This document shows, one piece after another, positions 7,541-18,351 of a stretch of DNA of 40,282 nucleotides. Each line of letters starts with the position of its first letter. The stretch's first letter is position 1. Under the pieces are notes generated by a model. That model was not told the DNA's origin, did no database searches, and saw only the letters and a list, made by a program, of their open reading frames with translations. Source of the stretch: a virus (Duplodnaviria; Caudoviricetes); IMG/VR virus record IMGVR_UViG_3300046779_000420, positions 1 through 40,282 of that record. One strand, 5' to 3'. The translations under genes were made by a program, and so were the position numbers.

Positions 7541-7791
7541 TGAGCAAAGAATTTCGTACAAAAGTTGAGAACGCTTTGCGTTTTCTAGTTGATAGTGACG
7601 AAGATGGAAAAGATTTTATCTGTTCTGGTTGGGTATTAGTTAGCGAATGGGCTGATTACAATGGAACAAGATACCTACACACAGAAGTAAGTTCAGAAAT
7701 GACCCCCTGGAACGCAGCGGGTATGTTGAAACTTGCTGAAGAATACAATAGTGAATTAATTGATACCGAAGAGGAGGATGAAGATGCCTAG
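7540..7791 (+). CDS. Hypothetical acidic protein
   Basis: TAATG-coupled ORF in operon. Confidence 0.7.
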   Translation: MSKEFRTKVENALRFLVDSDEDGKDFICSGWVLVSEWADYNGTRYLHTEVSSEMTPWNAAGMLKLAEEYNSELIDTEEEDEDA

Positions 7792-8209
7792 AGGTGGGAT
7801 GCGTCCAACTGCTCCGCAGAATAATCCAGCCAATATTTCAGCCACAGGTGGCGACGGTCAAAGTGGCACACAACCTGCACGCTATATCTCAGGTCTTCCT
7901 TACGGTCAAGGAGAAGCAACTTACAATCAACAGACTGCTGCTCCAATGGCAGGTCCTGCTAAGGCTGCAACAGCCGAACAAATGGGTACACCATTTATGG
8001 GTATGGAAGTTACTCCTCTTGCTGCTCCTACTGCACGTCCTGATGAGCCAATTACTGCTGGTATGGATTTCGGTGGAGGACCTGGAAGCGAAGCGTTGGC
8101 TTTACAGAATCAGCGCACTCTTTCTCAGATTCTTGCATCAATGATTGATATTGACCCAACTGGAGATGTTCAGGAGTTATACAATTACGTTGCCTCTAGA
8201 GGTTTGTAA
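7784..8209 (+). CDS. Hypothetical Pro/Gly-rich virion-associated protein
   Basis: Start MPRGG at 7784 with GAGGAGG RBS; low-complexity sequence. Confidence 0.7.
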   Translation: MPRGGMRPTAPQNNPANISATGGDGQSGTQPARYISGLPYGQGEATYNQQTAAPMAGPAKAATAEQMGTPFMGMEVTPLAAPTARPDEPITAGMDFGGGPGSEALALQNQRTLSQILASMIDIDPTGDVQELYNYVASRGL

Positions 8210-11200
8210 TGGCAAAAAATAAACTAACAGATATTGCTGGTTTATCGCCAGGAGTTGCCACCGCTGCCGCTCAAGCAAACCTATCTGAAAAAGATAAACA
8301 GCAACTTGCTGCCTTTGCTCAGTTAAAACAGACCCACGAATATCTTGCTACTTTGCCACAGAATGACGCTTATCGCTCTTTCTCTGCGCTACCTAAAAAT
8401 TATCAAAATGCTTTAACTACATTCTTTGACCCAAAGTATAGAGAAAAAGATTTAGGCTTCTTTGGCAATATTGCTAGAAGTGTAAAGTCCACAGCAAACT
8501 ATACAGCGACTGCTTTCAAAGAACTTGGTATGCAAATTGCTGGTGTTCCAATTAAGCCAACAACTTCTGCATCTCCAGCCGAAGCACTTCTTACACTTGG
8601 TTTAGCACTACCAGTTTCTACAAACAAAGAGACTGGCGTATCTAGTGGTGCGGGTAAAGTTTTAGAAACGCTTGTTCGTCCTCAAGAAAAACTTATCAAG
8701 CAACCTTACATTGCTGAACGTCTTGCTGCAGAGCAGGGCGAAGGTGGCTTACTACAATACGGCAAGTTCATTGCTGAGGGTGCTAAAGAATTATTACCTG
8801 GTGGACGTGACGCTAAAGTAACTGACGCTTCAACTACTTGGAAAAAGTATTGGGAACAAGCATCTGACCCAGAGAGCGCATACGACGAAGATAAGACTGA
8901 TGAGATTGAGCGTACCGCTCAAGCAGAATATGCTTTCGTTGCTAAAACTCTTGCAAGCAAAAAGAACTTTATTGATGTTTATGATGAGTTACTAGCAGAC
9001 CCTAAGCGTCTTGAAATTGTACAACGCTATACTTCAGGTCGTCCTGAAGATAAAGAAGTTGCTATTCAGGTTGGTCGTCTTGTAGAAGCGTACGAACGCT
9101 CCAAGATTAGTCCAGGTCGTGATATTGCTCGTGGAGTTTCTGATGCTTTATTTGCAGCGTTTCCATTTGAGGCTGAAAAAGCAATTCAAGGTAGCACTGC
9201 ATACAAGGCTTTCTTTAATACTATCTCTGGAACTGTAGACTTTACAGTTACCTTTGGTCTAGACCCACTGATTCTTCTTGGCAAAGCAAAGAAATCTGCA
9301 GACATTGCCCGCTTTGGTTTAATGAAACTTGGCGAAGACCCACGTAATTTAGATAAGGCTTGGCAGAATCCAACTGTTGTTCGCTATTGGGATGAAATTG
9401 GTAAGTTATTTGTGCAATACGAGAAGGGCAACATCCAGCAAAAGGGTGAAGCACTTACTAGAATTGCAGAACGCTTCCCAGAAATCAATCCTGACGTTGC
9501 ACTTTACCTAGCACCTAACATCAAGAACGCTGATGATGCTCTAGAATTCTTCAAAGGCGCAGATATTATTGATGTAATGAGCAAGGGTAATGTCGGTTTA
9601 CGCCGTGACCCACTTATTCCACGCTACACATTGGCTCGTGGCATCAAAGATTCGCTACGCGATAGAGCAGTTCAAATGCTTGGTACTGGAAAGTATAGCA
9701 TTGGTACGCTACCAAATACTGTTGATGATATTGCTAGAACATTAAATGAAAATCCTAATATATGGGCTATAAATTTAGGTTATCGTGAGGCTGAAAAGGC
9801 TGGGGCACTTACAGGTTTCCGCGAAGGAAAGCGATTCGTTGCTAAAGATACCAGCACATACGCAAAGATTGACCGCGTTGTGCGTCAATTTGCTATCGCA
9901 CCTAGCCAAGAGAAGTTAATTAAGATTTCAGATGCGTCTAGTGCTACTCAAGTTTACCGATTGGTAAGAACCGTAGCAGATAAGAACACAGCATCTATCT
10001 TCCGCGCTGCTTGGATTAATGCCACAGAGGGTCAGCGCCTACTTATGTATAAGGGAATTATCAAAACCTTATCTTATGGTATGGGTATTGACCTAACAGC
10101 CAGCGGTAAGCGTTTCTTAGATTCTATTGATAGTATGACTACTGAACTATATTCAGTAAACCAGAGCACTTTAGACTTAGGTGAGTTTTCACGTTTAGTT
10201 CGTACTACATCTAAGGGAAGCGCAGAAGTTCCGTCAGGTATTCGCGCTATTGTTGCAGACGCTACCGAAAAGGCAGATGCTGGTCAGTTAGCCGCACGCC
10301 TTGCTGCATCAACTGGTGCTGAGATGGCGGATATGATTTCTGAAGTTAATAAACTCAAGGTAATCAAGAAAGAATTAAAGGCTCGTAAGGCTGTATCTCC
10401 AGAAGAAGCAGCAATTATTGCTGAAACTGTAGAAGATATTAACAAGTCAATTGCATTGTACGGCGGTATGCTAGGCAAGACCCGTATGGCTCGCAAAGAA
10501 ATCAAGAAGATTATTGAAGATGTAGAGCCAGCAGATATTGATTTGTTCAATGCTGCAGAACTCAATGGTGGTCAGTATGCAGTTCGTGCATATCAGTTAT
10601 CTGATGCACGCTATATGCCTAACTTAATTGAATTACGTCAGTTTGAATTAAAGGGCAACGTACTTTCTGCACTAACTGGACGAGTAGGCGAAAGCATTTA
10701 CTCACAAAAGATAGTTGATATTTGGTCATATCTAAACCTATATCCTCGTCTAGGTATCAGAACAACCATTGAAGAAGTTGGAACATTTGGACTTATTAAT
10801 GGTACCAGTGGTGTTGCAAGATATATTCAGGGACGTTTAGCATCTCAGAAAATCCGTCAGGCTCAAGCACCTGGCTCTAAGGTAGCAGCATTTAGCCAAA
10901 AGGTTAAAGAAGTTAGCCCATTAGGAATCATTTCTAACCAGGTATATAAGATACTTGGCAAGAATTATTCGCCAGCAAAAATTGCTGCTATGGCTGAAGA
11001 TAAAGAACTTATGGCTGAAACCGTAGGCAAGGCTATGTTAATAGACCGTCTTACTCCAAAGTTTTTACGTACTGCTCGGGGTAAGCAAGCAGCCCTTGAT
11101 ATTGAAGATGCAATTCTAATAAATGCTATGCGTGTATCAGATGATATTAATGGCGCAGCATATAAGGCTGAATTCAAACAAGATACTGCTGAGACTACCA

Positions 11201-13512
11201 AGAATCTACTTAAGGATTATGGTCCATCTGTAGCCTATAACGTAGATATTGCTGAAGCACTAAAGAATCAAGATTTTGCTAAGGTTTATTCTCAGATTCA
11301 ATATAATCGTCCTGAGTTCTTGCTCAGTTGGTATATTGATTTGCATAATACAATCGGTAAGAAGAATATCTGGGGTAAGATTGTATTTGATAACATCTAT
11401 AAAAAAGAAGAAGATGTTATTGAAATCTTGGTTAATTACTTTGAGGGTGCTGGCAAAGGACAGGCTTCACGCTCTGCTATCTATGAAGCAAAGGGTCCAT
11501 ACGGTCTAGCAAAGGCTGTATACCTAGATGCTACTAACGCTCTCAGAGATTTTTCAGGTCGCCTTAATAAGAAACTCATAGAAGAGATTAAGGCTTCAGG
11601 TGGGATTAAGGACTTTAACTTCCAGCAACTAGCAAAGTATGAAGAGAACTATCAGTTCCCTAAGGCTGTGCTTGGTCGTGAACTTATTCCACTTACTCAG
11701 AATAAAGCATCTGGCGTAATTGACCGCATTATGAAGAATGGTTATGGCTGGATTGGTAAGCAAGTAGCACTTCTTGACCGCGAACCTATCTTCTACGGCA
11801 ACTATCTTATGTTCCGCGATAAACTTCGTGGTTATCAAAATAACTTATATAATGGATTCGTTGATTCAGGTATTGAAAAAGAAGCAGCAGAGAAGTTAGC
11901 CCGCACTCAAGCGGCTGAAGTTTCTGCTGATTTATCTAGATACCGAACTATTGGCTATATGGATAATGCTGATGTTCGCACAAACCTAGCCTTTAGTGTA
12001 CGTAACTTTGGTCGTTACTATCGTGCTACTGAAGATTTCTACCGTCGTGCTGGTCGTATTGCTAAGTATGAAAAAGAAGCGTTAATGCGTCTTGCTATTA
12101 CTAACCAGAGTTTCCAGCACTCAGGCTTTGTACACGAAGACGCTAATGGTGAATTGTATTTCACCTATCCAGGTGACGATATTCTAGGCTTTGCTCTAGA
12201 TAATACGCTCTTTAGATTCTTTGGAGTTAATACTGGACAGCCTTTGTCCGTTAACTTCGGTGGTAAAGTCAAGATGTTAACTCCATCTCTTGACCCAGAA
12301 TCAGCAGCATTACGACTTAGCGGTCCTTTGATTTCTGCACCACTTGCGGTTTTGAATAACTTGCCTGGTGTTGGTAACTGGTTACGTGCATTTGAACCAG
12401 TATTAACTGGTAGCCCACAAGATGTATCTTGGTGGCGTAAGTTAATGCCAATTAACGTACAGCGTACTATTGATATTATTGGTAGCCAAGAAGTAATGAC
12501 TGACCAGAAATACTCAGCATTAGTTCAGTCAGCACGTATGCTTAACTCTATTGGTCAGGGTCCTACCACTGGCGCAGAGATAGAACCATTTGCTAACAAA
12601 CTACTTACTCAAGCAACCAACATTATGTTCGTTCGCTTGATTGGTGGTCTAGGTGCACCTGCTTCTGTTCAGCAATTTGCTACAACAGATGTGCCTAAAG
12701 AGATGATTAATGCTGGATACTATACTTGGGATTCAGAATTTTCTAAGATTCTACAAAGATATGCTGGAGACCCAGAGGCTTACAGCCGAGCACTAACAGT
12801 CTTTGCTACCTTATATCCTACAAAGTTGGTTTATACAGTATCTAAGACTACCTCTGGTACAGAGGCTGGCTTCCAGAAGACTTATGAGGCTGCTAACTTT
12901 GTAAAGAATAACAAAGACTTTGTAGAAAACCACAAGCAAGCAGCAGCGTTCTTTATGCCTATCACTGGAACATCTGACCTAGAGGCTTATACCTACTTAA
13001 AGGCTCAAGGCTTCGTTAAGAATAAGATTCAAGAAGACTTCCTACGTGAGGCGTCTACTGCCGAGGCTCGTCAGATTTACAACGCACGTAAAGAATACTA
13101 CGACAATGCTATTACTAGCACCAACAGTATTGAGTTACGTCGCAGAGCACGTGCTAACTGGGCTAATGAGAAGAACTTCTTAAAGTCTACTTATCCATTA
13201 CTGGCACAGCAGTTAGAGAACAATGATGGATACAAGGCTCTAAAGCAAGAGGCTCTTGATGATTTACGTGGTGTTGTCTATGGAGATAAAGCACCTAATA
13301 AAGAATTGCAAAAGACTTTTGCTGCAATGATTTATGAATACGATTCTGCAAGAGCAGCACTTGATGCTAATGCAGGTGCATCTACTGCATCAGAAAATCG
13401 TAGAACACAGATTAAAGAAAACTTGCGTGCCTACTTAAAGCAGATAGCGGGACAAAATCCTAATGCTATCTCTTTATATTGGAACGTATTTGATGCTCTG
13501 ATTGGAGAGTAA
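8209..13512 (+). CDS. Large (1767 aa) putative internal virion / ejection protein
   Basis: Very long helical-looking ORF in head module; no tape-measure periodicity; function inferred from size and position. Confidence 0.6.
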   Translation: MAKNKLTDIAGLSPGVATAAAQANLSEKDKQQLAAFAQLKQTHEYLATLPQNDAYRSFSALPKNYQNALTTFFDPKYREKDLGFFGNIARSVKSTANYTATAFKELGMQIAGVPIKPTTSASPAEALLTLGLALPVSTNKETGVSSGAGKVLETLVRPQEKLIKQPYIAERLAAEQGEGGLLQYGKFIAEGAKELLPGGRDAKVTDASTTWKKYWEQASDPESAYDEDKTDEIERTAQAEYAFVAKTLASKKNFIDVYDELLADPKRLEIVQRYTSGRPEDKEVAIQVGRLVEAYERSKISPGRDIARGVSDALFAAFPFEAEKAIQGSTAYKAFFNTISGTVDFTVTFGLDPLILLGKAKKSADIARFGLMKLGEDPRNLDKAWQNPTVVRYWDEIGKLFVQYEKGNIQQKGEALTRIAERFPEINPDVALYLAPNIKNADDALEFFKGADIIDVMSKGNVGLRRDPLIPRYTLARGIKDSLRDRAVQMLGTGKYSIGTLPNTVDDIARTLNENPNIWAINLGYREAEKAGALTGFREGKRFVAKDTSTYAKIDRVVRQFAIAPSQEKLIKISDASSATQVYRLVRTVADKNTASIFRAAWINATEGQRLLMYKGIIKTLSYGMGIDLTASGKRFLDSIDSMTTELYSVNQSTLDLGEFSRLVRTTSKGSAEVPSGIRAIVADATEKADAGQLAARLAASTGAEMADMISEVNKLKVIKKELKARKAVSPEEAAIIAETVEDINKSIALYGGMLGKTRMARKEIKKIIEDVEPADIDLFNAAELNGGQYAVRAYQLSDARYMPNLIELRQFELKGNVLSALTGRVGESIYSQKIVDIWSYLNLYPRLGIRTTIEEVGTFGLINGTSGVARYIQGRLASQKIRQAQAPGSKVAAFSQKVKEVSPLGIISNQVYKILGKNYSPAKIAAMAEDKELMAETVGKAMLIDRLTPKFLRTARGKQAALDIEDAILINAMRVSDDINGAAYKAEFKQDTAETTKNLLKDYGPSVAYNVDIAEALKNQDFAKVYSQIQYNRPEFLLSWYIDLHNTIGKKNIWGKIVFDNIYKKEEDVIEILVNYFEGAGKGQASRSAIYEAKGPYGLAKAVYLDATNALRDFSGRLNKKLIEEIKASGGIKDFNFQQLAKYEENYQFPKAVLGRELIPLTQNKASGVIDRIMKNGYGWIGKQVALLDREPIFYGNYLMFRDKLRGYQNNLYNGFVDSGIEKEAAEKLARTQAAEVSADLSRYRTIGYMDNADVRTNLAFSVRNFGRYYRATEDFYRRAGRIAKYEKEALMRLAITNQSFQHSGFVHEDANGELYFTYPGDDILGFALDNTLFRFFGVNTGQPLSVNFGGKVKMLTPSLDPESAALRLSGPLISAPLAVLNNLPGVGNWLRAFEPVLTGSPQDVSWWRKLMPINVQRTIDIIGSQEVMTDQKYSALVQSARMLNSIGQGPTTGAEIEPFANKLLTQATNIMFVRLIGGLGAPASVQQFATTDVPKEMINAGYYTWDSEFSKILQRYAGDPEAYSRALTVFATLYPTKLVYTVSKTTSGTEAGFQKTYEAANFVKNNKDFVENHKQAAAFFMPITGTSDLEAYTYLKAQGFVKNKIQEDFLREASTAEARQIYNARKEYYDNAITSTNSIELRRRARANWANEKNFLKSTYPLLAQQLENNDGYKALKQEALDDLRGVVYGDKAPNKELQKTFAAMIYEYDSARAALDANAGASTASENRRTQIKENLRAYLKQIAGQNPNAISLYWNVFDALIGE

Positions 13513-13513
13513 A

Positions 13514-14737
13514 TTGGCAAAAACAGATAAGGATAAAGACGGTTTCTATACGGGCGACCCTACGATTCCGCCAACCTTACGCGACCCTGACGACAACAAT
13601 CGTGCCATCACTCCATTTAATACTGGCGCTTCTACATCAGGTGCTTCTACTGGTGAATCAGATTTCAATGTAAGTACAGCGGGCTACCGCGTGTGGGATG
13701 GCAAGAAGGAAATTCTTCTTAACGATTCAACTGCGTTAATGAAGTATCTGAAAAGTCTTGGTCCTACAACAATTAAAAGTCTAAAGCAGTCTTACAAGAG
13801 TGCTGGTTTATATGATGGACCAGTCAACGGAATTGTAGGACCATCCGATAGAATTGTTTCCCTAGTAGGCAATGCACTTCAGTATCAAGATATTCGTGAA
13901 GTTAAGAACGAAACCCTTATGTCTGGTGTTAAGGCAGCCATTAAAGATGCTGTAGCCACAGGAGCAGCGGGCACTGGTGGTGCTGCTGATACACCTAGAG
14001 CAAGTGTTACCTCTAAGGCTGCAGCCAGAGCACAGATTCAAAAAGATTTCCAGAAGTTGTTTGGGGATAATGTTCCTCAGGAAATGTTTGATGCTTACTT
14101 TGCTGAACTAAATGCTCTAGAGAAGTCTCGCACAACCAGAACTAAAACTGAAAAGGGTGTGGAAATATCTACCTATGGTGTATCTGAACAAGAACGCCAG
14201 AATCTAATAGATAAATACCTAAGACAGTTTGCTAAGTCTCGCATTGCAAATGCGGCAACAGGAGATGCTACCGCTGTAGCGGCTCTTAATAAGGGCACAT
14301 TCGGTAATTCATTTACTACTTTACGTAGAGCATATCTTGATAATGGTATCCCTATGACTGAGGGCACATTGGCTGAACAGGCTTTATCAATCACTATAAA
14401 TCCTGATAAGTTAAATCCAACTTTGAATCTAATTAACCTACAGGCTGGCGAATTATATCCAGCACTTAAGGAAAAGATTTCTGCTGGTTACACTGTTAAG
14501 CAACTATTGAATCCCTACATTCAAACCCGTGCAGAAATCCTTGAACAAGACCCAGATATGGTTGATTTAGTTTCTCTATCTACAGATGTAGCACGAGATA
14601 AGAATGGCTTAATGAACCTATACGACTATCAGGTATCCCTACGTAACGACCCTAAGTGGCGTTATACAAAAAACGCTCAAGATTCTATGGCGAAAGTAGC
14701 CAGAAGTCTTGCTGAGACATTTGGAGTATTAGGCTAA
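13514..14737 (+). CDS. Putative internal virion protein
   Basis: TTG start after GGAGAG; C-terminal LRNDPKWRYTKNA motif; position next to the large protein. Confidence 0.55.
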   Translation: MAKTDKDKDGFYTGDPTIPPTLRDPDDNNRAITPFNTGASTSGASTGESDFNVSTAGYRVWDGKKEILLNDSTALMKYLKSLGPTTIKSLKQSYKSAGLYDGPVNGIVGPSDRIVSLVGNALQYQDIREVKNETLMSGVKAAIKDAVATGAAGTGGAADTPRASVTSKAAARAQIQKDFQKLFGDNVPQEMFDAYFAELNALEKSRTTRTKTEKGVEISTYGVSEQERQNLIDKYLRQFAKSRIANAATGDATAVAALNKGTFGNSFTTLRRAYLDNGIPMTEGTLAEQALSITINPDKLNPTLNLINLQAGELYPALKEKISAGYTVKQLLNPYIQTRAEILEQDPDMVDLVSLSTDVARDKNGLMNLYDYQVSLRNDPKWRYTKNAQDSMAKVARSLAETFGVLG

Positions 14738-16182
14738 TGGCACGTATTACTGAATCAGACGCGGGTGATTTCGCAGAGAATATCCCTTTAACTGCTGTAA
14801 CACGTGCAGACCAATTAACTGCACTTGCTGCTGCTAATAAAGCAAATGCTGCTGCTACAATTCAGCAACTACAAAACTTAGGCGTGGGTGGCGGAACAGA
14901 TTCACGCGCTGCTTTGATGAAACTTACATCTGGTCAGACATTAACTGATGATGAAAAGAGACTACTTAATCTCCCAGTAACTCCTACCCCTACACCAACT
15001 CCTACCCCTACACCTACTTCAAATATACCAGCACTTAATAATCGCAATCAAGTGCCAACAGAAAACCCAGGCGAAGGATATGAATGGCGTTGGGTTTCTA
15101 TGGCTTATGCCAACAATAAGTATGGCGGTGAATGGCGTAAGATTAAAAAGACTTCTAATGCTCCTACTCCTGGTGCTAACAATGCACCACAAGGCGCACC
15201 TGGTGCTGCTTGGATTTGGAATGGTACTTCTTGGACTAAGCCACCAATGCCACAAGACGGAAAGATTTATACCTGGAATGATAACAATGGCTGGGTAATA
15301 TCTGATATTAATACTGGTCCTACTAAGGAACAAGTGGATGCTATTGCTGCTATTGGTGCATTGCTATCTTCTTATGGTGTAGGCGACCTAACAGATGCAA
15401 TTACCAATGCTGTTAAAAAGGGTTACAGCGCAGATACTATTCAGTTGATTATGCAAGACCCTAATAGCAATGACCCACTAGCCATTGCTTTCCAGAAGAG
15501 ATTCCCTGCAAACAAGGCTCGTCTTGCTGCAGGTAAGGCTGTGCTAAGTGCTGCAGAATATCTAGCAGCAGAGCGAACATATGCTCAAGTATTCCAGTCC
15601 TACGGACTAGGTAGCAAGGCTACTCGTGATTACTTTAATAAGTTTATTGAGGGCGACGTATCTGCCGCTGAAGTATCTGACCGTATTTCAATTGCAGTTA
15701 ATCGCGTACAAAATGCAGATGCAACTGTAAAGAAAGCACTTGCAGAATACTATCCAATGCTTAACCAATCAGACATTGTAGGCGCATTGCTTGACCCTAA
15801 GGAAGGCTTGCCAGCCCTACAACGTAAGATTCAAACTGCTGAAATTGGTGGTGCTGCACTACAGCAAGGACTTCAATTAGGTCTTGCAGCAACTGCACAA
15901 TCTCTAGGTGCGTCAGCACTTGCTGACTTAGGTATCACTCAGGCTCAAGCAAGAGCAGGATTTGAGAACATTGCAGGAGTATTACCTCGTGCAGAGTTCC
16001 TATCTTCAATTACAACTGGTGATGACTACGGCAGATTGCAAGCAGAACAAGAACAGTTCCAGGGACTTGCATCAGCAAAGAGAGCAAGAGAACGTCTGGT
16101 ATCAGAAGAAGTTTCTAGATTTGCAGGACAAGCAGGAACAACAAAAGTCTCCCTAGCAAAACCAACTCAGGGAGCATTTTAG
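14737..16182 (+). CDS. Putative internal virion protein with PT-repeat linker
   Basis: TAATG coupling; (TP)n tract at ~14980-15018; Trp-rich middle segment. Confidence 0.55.
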   Translation: MARITESDAGDFAENIPLTAVTRADQLTALAAANKANAAATIQQLQNLGVGGGTDSRAALMKLTSGQTLTDDEKRLLNLPVTPTPTPTPTPTPTSNIPALNNRNQVPTENPGEGYEWRWVSMAYANNKYGGEWRKIKKTSNAPTPGANNAPQGAPGAAWIWNGTSWTKPPMPQDGKIYTWNDNNGWVISDINTGPTKEQVDAIAAIGALLSSYGVGDLTDAITNAVKKGYSADTIQLIMQDPNSNDPLAIAFQKRFPANKARLAAGKAVLSAAEYLAAERTYAQVFQSYGLGSKATRDYFNKFIEGDVSAAEVSDRISIAVNRVQNADATVKKALAEYYPMLNQSDIVGALLDPKEGLPALQRKIQTAEIGGAALQQGLQLGLAATAQSLGASALADLGITQAQARAGFENIAGVLPRAEFLSSITTGDDYGRLQAEQEQFQGLASAKRARERLVSEEVSRFAGQAGTTKVSLAKPTQGAF

Positions 16183-16186
16183 AATC

Positions 16187-16270
16187 CTTGACGGACCGAC
16201 CAGCCCCGTCAGGCGTATAAGACTGGAAGCAGAAGCCAACCCATTCCCCCTAATGGCAATTGAGGTCTGC
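16187..16270 (+). ncRNA. Structured leader upstream of the scaffold/capsid genes (possible pseudoknot)
   Basis: CTTGACGG/CCGTCAGG stem, loop CCAG complementary to CTGG (16223-16226), second stem GCAGA/TCTGC enclosing CCATT/AATGG. Confidence 0.45.
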
Positions 16271-16301
16271 GAACTAACAACGAATAGAAAGGGTGGTTGC
16301 T

Positions 16302-16775
16302 ATGAGCAACAATCAATACTGGGACGACGAAGATGACGACTTTGAATCAGAGGCGTCTCTTAGCGAAAATGACTTACTTAAGAAATTACGTAAGGCTAAG
16401 AGAGCAGATGAGAAGCGCATCAAGGACCTCACTGACCAACTGGAATCATTAACAAAGGTTCAACGTGAGAAAACCGTAACCGAAGTCCTAGCAAAAAAGG
16501 GAGTAAGTCCAAAGGCTGCACGCCTAATCCTAAAAGATTTAGATGGAGATTTCTCAGAAGAATCAGTTGCAAACTGGCTTGAGGATAACGCTGAATTATT
16601 TGGGTTAAAGGTAGATGAGCCTCAACAAGACAACACTAACCTTGCTGCATTACGCCAGCAAGATATTGTCTCGCAGAGTGCCGTTACTCCCGACAGAGCA
16701 GAAGATTTTGAACTGCGTATGAACAATGCTTCAAGCGCAGAAGAACTAATCTCAATGCTCCGTTCGCAGCAGTAA
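16302..16775 (+). CDS. Capsid scaffolding protein (putative)
   Basis: Acidic N-terminus and coiled coil, directly upstream of the capsid gene. Confidence 0.7.
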   Translation: MSNNQYWDDEDDDFESEASLSENDLLKKLRKAKRADEKRIKDLTDQLESLTKVQREKTVTEVLAKKGVSPKAARLILKDLDGDFSEESVANWLEDNAELFGLKVDEPQQDNTNLAALRQQDIVSQSAVTPDRAEDFELRMNNASSAEELISMLRSQQ

Positions 16776-16809
16776 ACAATCCGTTCATAGTCAATAGGAG
16801 ACTTAAACA

Positions 16810-18012
16810 ATGTCTAACGCATATACAGATACCTCCAGCACCTCGCTTGGCGGTACAGTAGGTGGCGCTGGTCTAGTCCAGAAGGCGTATGACCGCCTTC
16901 TTGAGTTCGCTCTCCGCGCAGAACCACTAATTCGTTCAGTCGCAGATAAGCGCCCAGCACGCCAAGCAATGCCTGGTCAAACCGTAGTTCTACAGAAGTA
17001 CGTAGACCTTGATGCTGTAACCAGCACACTAACAGAGACAACTGACCCAGATGCAGTTGCTCTAACAACACCAACATCAGTAACTGTAACTCTTAACGAG
17101 TACGGTAACGCAGTTCTTGTAACTCGTGCACTTGAGTTATTCTCACTTGCAGATGTTGACCCAGCAATCGCTAACATCATTGCGTTCAACCTAGCAGATT
17201 CAATTGACCAGGTTGCAATGACTACCCTACGTTCAGGTTCAAACAACCTTTACTCAGGTTCAGCAACAACAGTTGCTACAGTTGCAGCATCAGACACAAT
17301 TGATTCAGCAGACATCCGCAAGGTTGTTGCTAAGTTGCGTTCTAACAAGGCGACCTACCGTCGCGGTTCAGAATACTGGGCAGGTATCCACCCAGAAGTT
17401 TCACACGACCTTCGTGCAGAAACAGGAAATATGGGCTGGAACTTCGTTCACGCACAGACTTCTCCATCAGTAGATAAGATTTGGGCTGGCGAAATTGGCA
17501 CATATGAAGGTGCTTTCTTCGTAGAATCTCCACGTCTTTACAATGCTAAGTCAGGTGCAGACCAGACAGCACTTGCTACAACAGCAGCAACAGTTGCTGG
17601 TACATCAGCAGGTTTCACACTAGGTGTTGCATCATCTTCTGTTATCGCATCTCGCGCAGAAGTTGGCGACAAGATTGCAGGAACAGGTATCGCTTCAGGC
17701 GCTAAGATTTCTGCTATCTCAACATCAGGTTCAACAACCACAATCACAGTAGACACCGCTAACACAGGCGCTGTTACTGTTTCAACAACCATCACTGTAA
17801 CTCCAGTAACTCGTGTATTCAACACAATCATTGCTGGACAACAGGCTATGGCTGAAGCAGTTGCAGAAGAGCCACACATTGTTATCGGTAACGTAACAGA
17901 TAAGTTGATGCGCTTCCGCCCAATGGGTTGGTACGGCGTACTTGGCTTCGCTGTATACCGTGACGAGGCTCTATACCGAATCACTTCAGGTTCATCAATC
18001 GCTGCTAAGTAG
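16810..18012 (+). CDS. Major capsid protein (N4-gp56-like, HK97 fold) with S/T/A-rich insertion
   Basis: VTLNEYGNAV, IHPEVSHDLR, GEIGTYEG and DKLMRFRPMGWYG motifs; strongly biased codon usage. Confidence 0.9.
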   Translation: MSNAYTDTSSTSLGGTVGGAGLVQKAYDRLLEFALRAEPLIRSVADKRPARQAMPGQTVVLQKYVDLDAVTSTLTETTDPDAVALTTPTSVTVTLNEYGNAVLVTRALELFSLADVDPAIANIIAFNLADSIDQVAMTTLRSGSNNLYSGSATTVATVAASDTIDSADIRKVVAKLRSNKATYRRGSEYWAGIHPEVSHDLRAETGNMGWNFVHAQTSPSVDKIWAGEIGTYEGAFFVESPRLYNAKSGADQTALATTAATVAGTSAGFTLGVASSSVIASRAEVGDKIAGTGIASGAKISAISTSGSTTTITVDTANTGAVTVSTTITVTPVTRVFNTIIAGQQAMAEAVAEEPHIVIGNVTDKLMRFRPMGWYGVLGFAVYRDEALYRITSGSSIAAK

Positions 18013-18064
18013 TTGATTGACTGTAGGGCTTGGACAAAGTGCCAAGCCTTATGGTCGGTTCACT
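18011..18064 (+). terminator. Long hairpin after the capsid gene (terminator, stabiliser or RNase III-type site)
   Basis: GATTGACTGTAGGGCTTGG / CCAAGCCTTATGGTCGGTT pairing with G-U pairs; no U tract; abuts the next RBS. Confidence 0.5.
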
Positions 18065-18075
18065 AAGGAGGAACT

Positions 18076-18351
18076 ATGACTGACTGGACATTTGTAACAC
18101 CTACCGTCCTTGAAGGACCTATTGGTGGCAATGCCCGCTTATGGGAGTTCTACCGACAGGACAGAGGCATAACTATTGTTCTGCAAACTAGCGGAACTTA
18201 CAGACAAATTCGTTATCCAACCGACGATACTTTGGATACTTACCCACAAGTTTATCGTGGTGGATACAACTACACAGTAGACGATACAACTAAAGCAGCA
18301 CTAATTGCGGGGGGCGTAGGTGTTACAGAATCAAACTTCACAGCACAGTAG
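18076..18351 (+). CDS. Hypothetical virion protein
   Basis: AAGGAGG RBS; position after the capsid gene. Confidence 0.75.
   Translation: MTDWTFVTPTVLEGPIGGNARLWEFYRQDRGITIVLQTSGTYRQIRYPTDDTLDTYPQVYRGGYNYTVDDTTKAALIAGGVGVTESNFTAQ

Noticed and set aside
8209-13512. Tape measure protein or virion RNA polymerase
   Set aside because: No tape-measure repeats or upstream chaperone frameshift; no recognisable RNAP catalytic motif
16188-16221. Sigma70 promoter TTGACG...TATAAG
   Set aside because: Spacer is 22 nt; the sequence is better explained as an RNA stem
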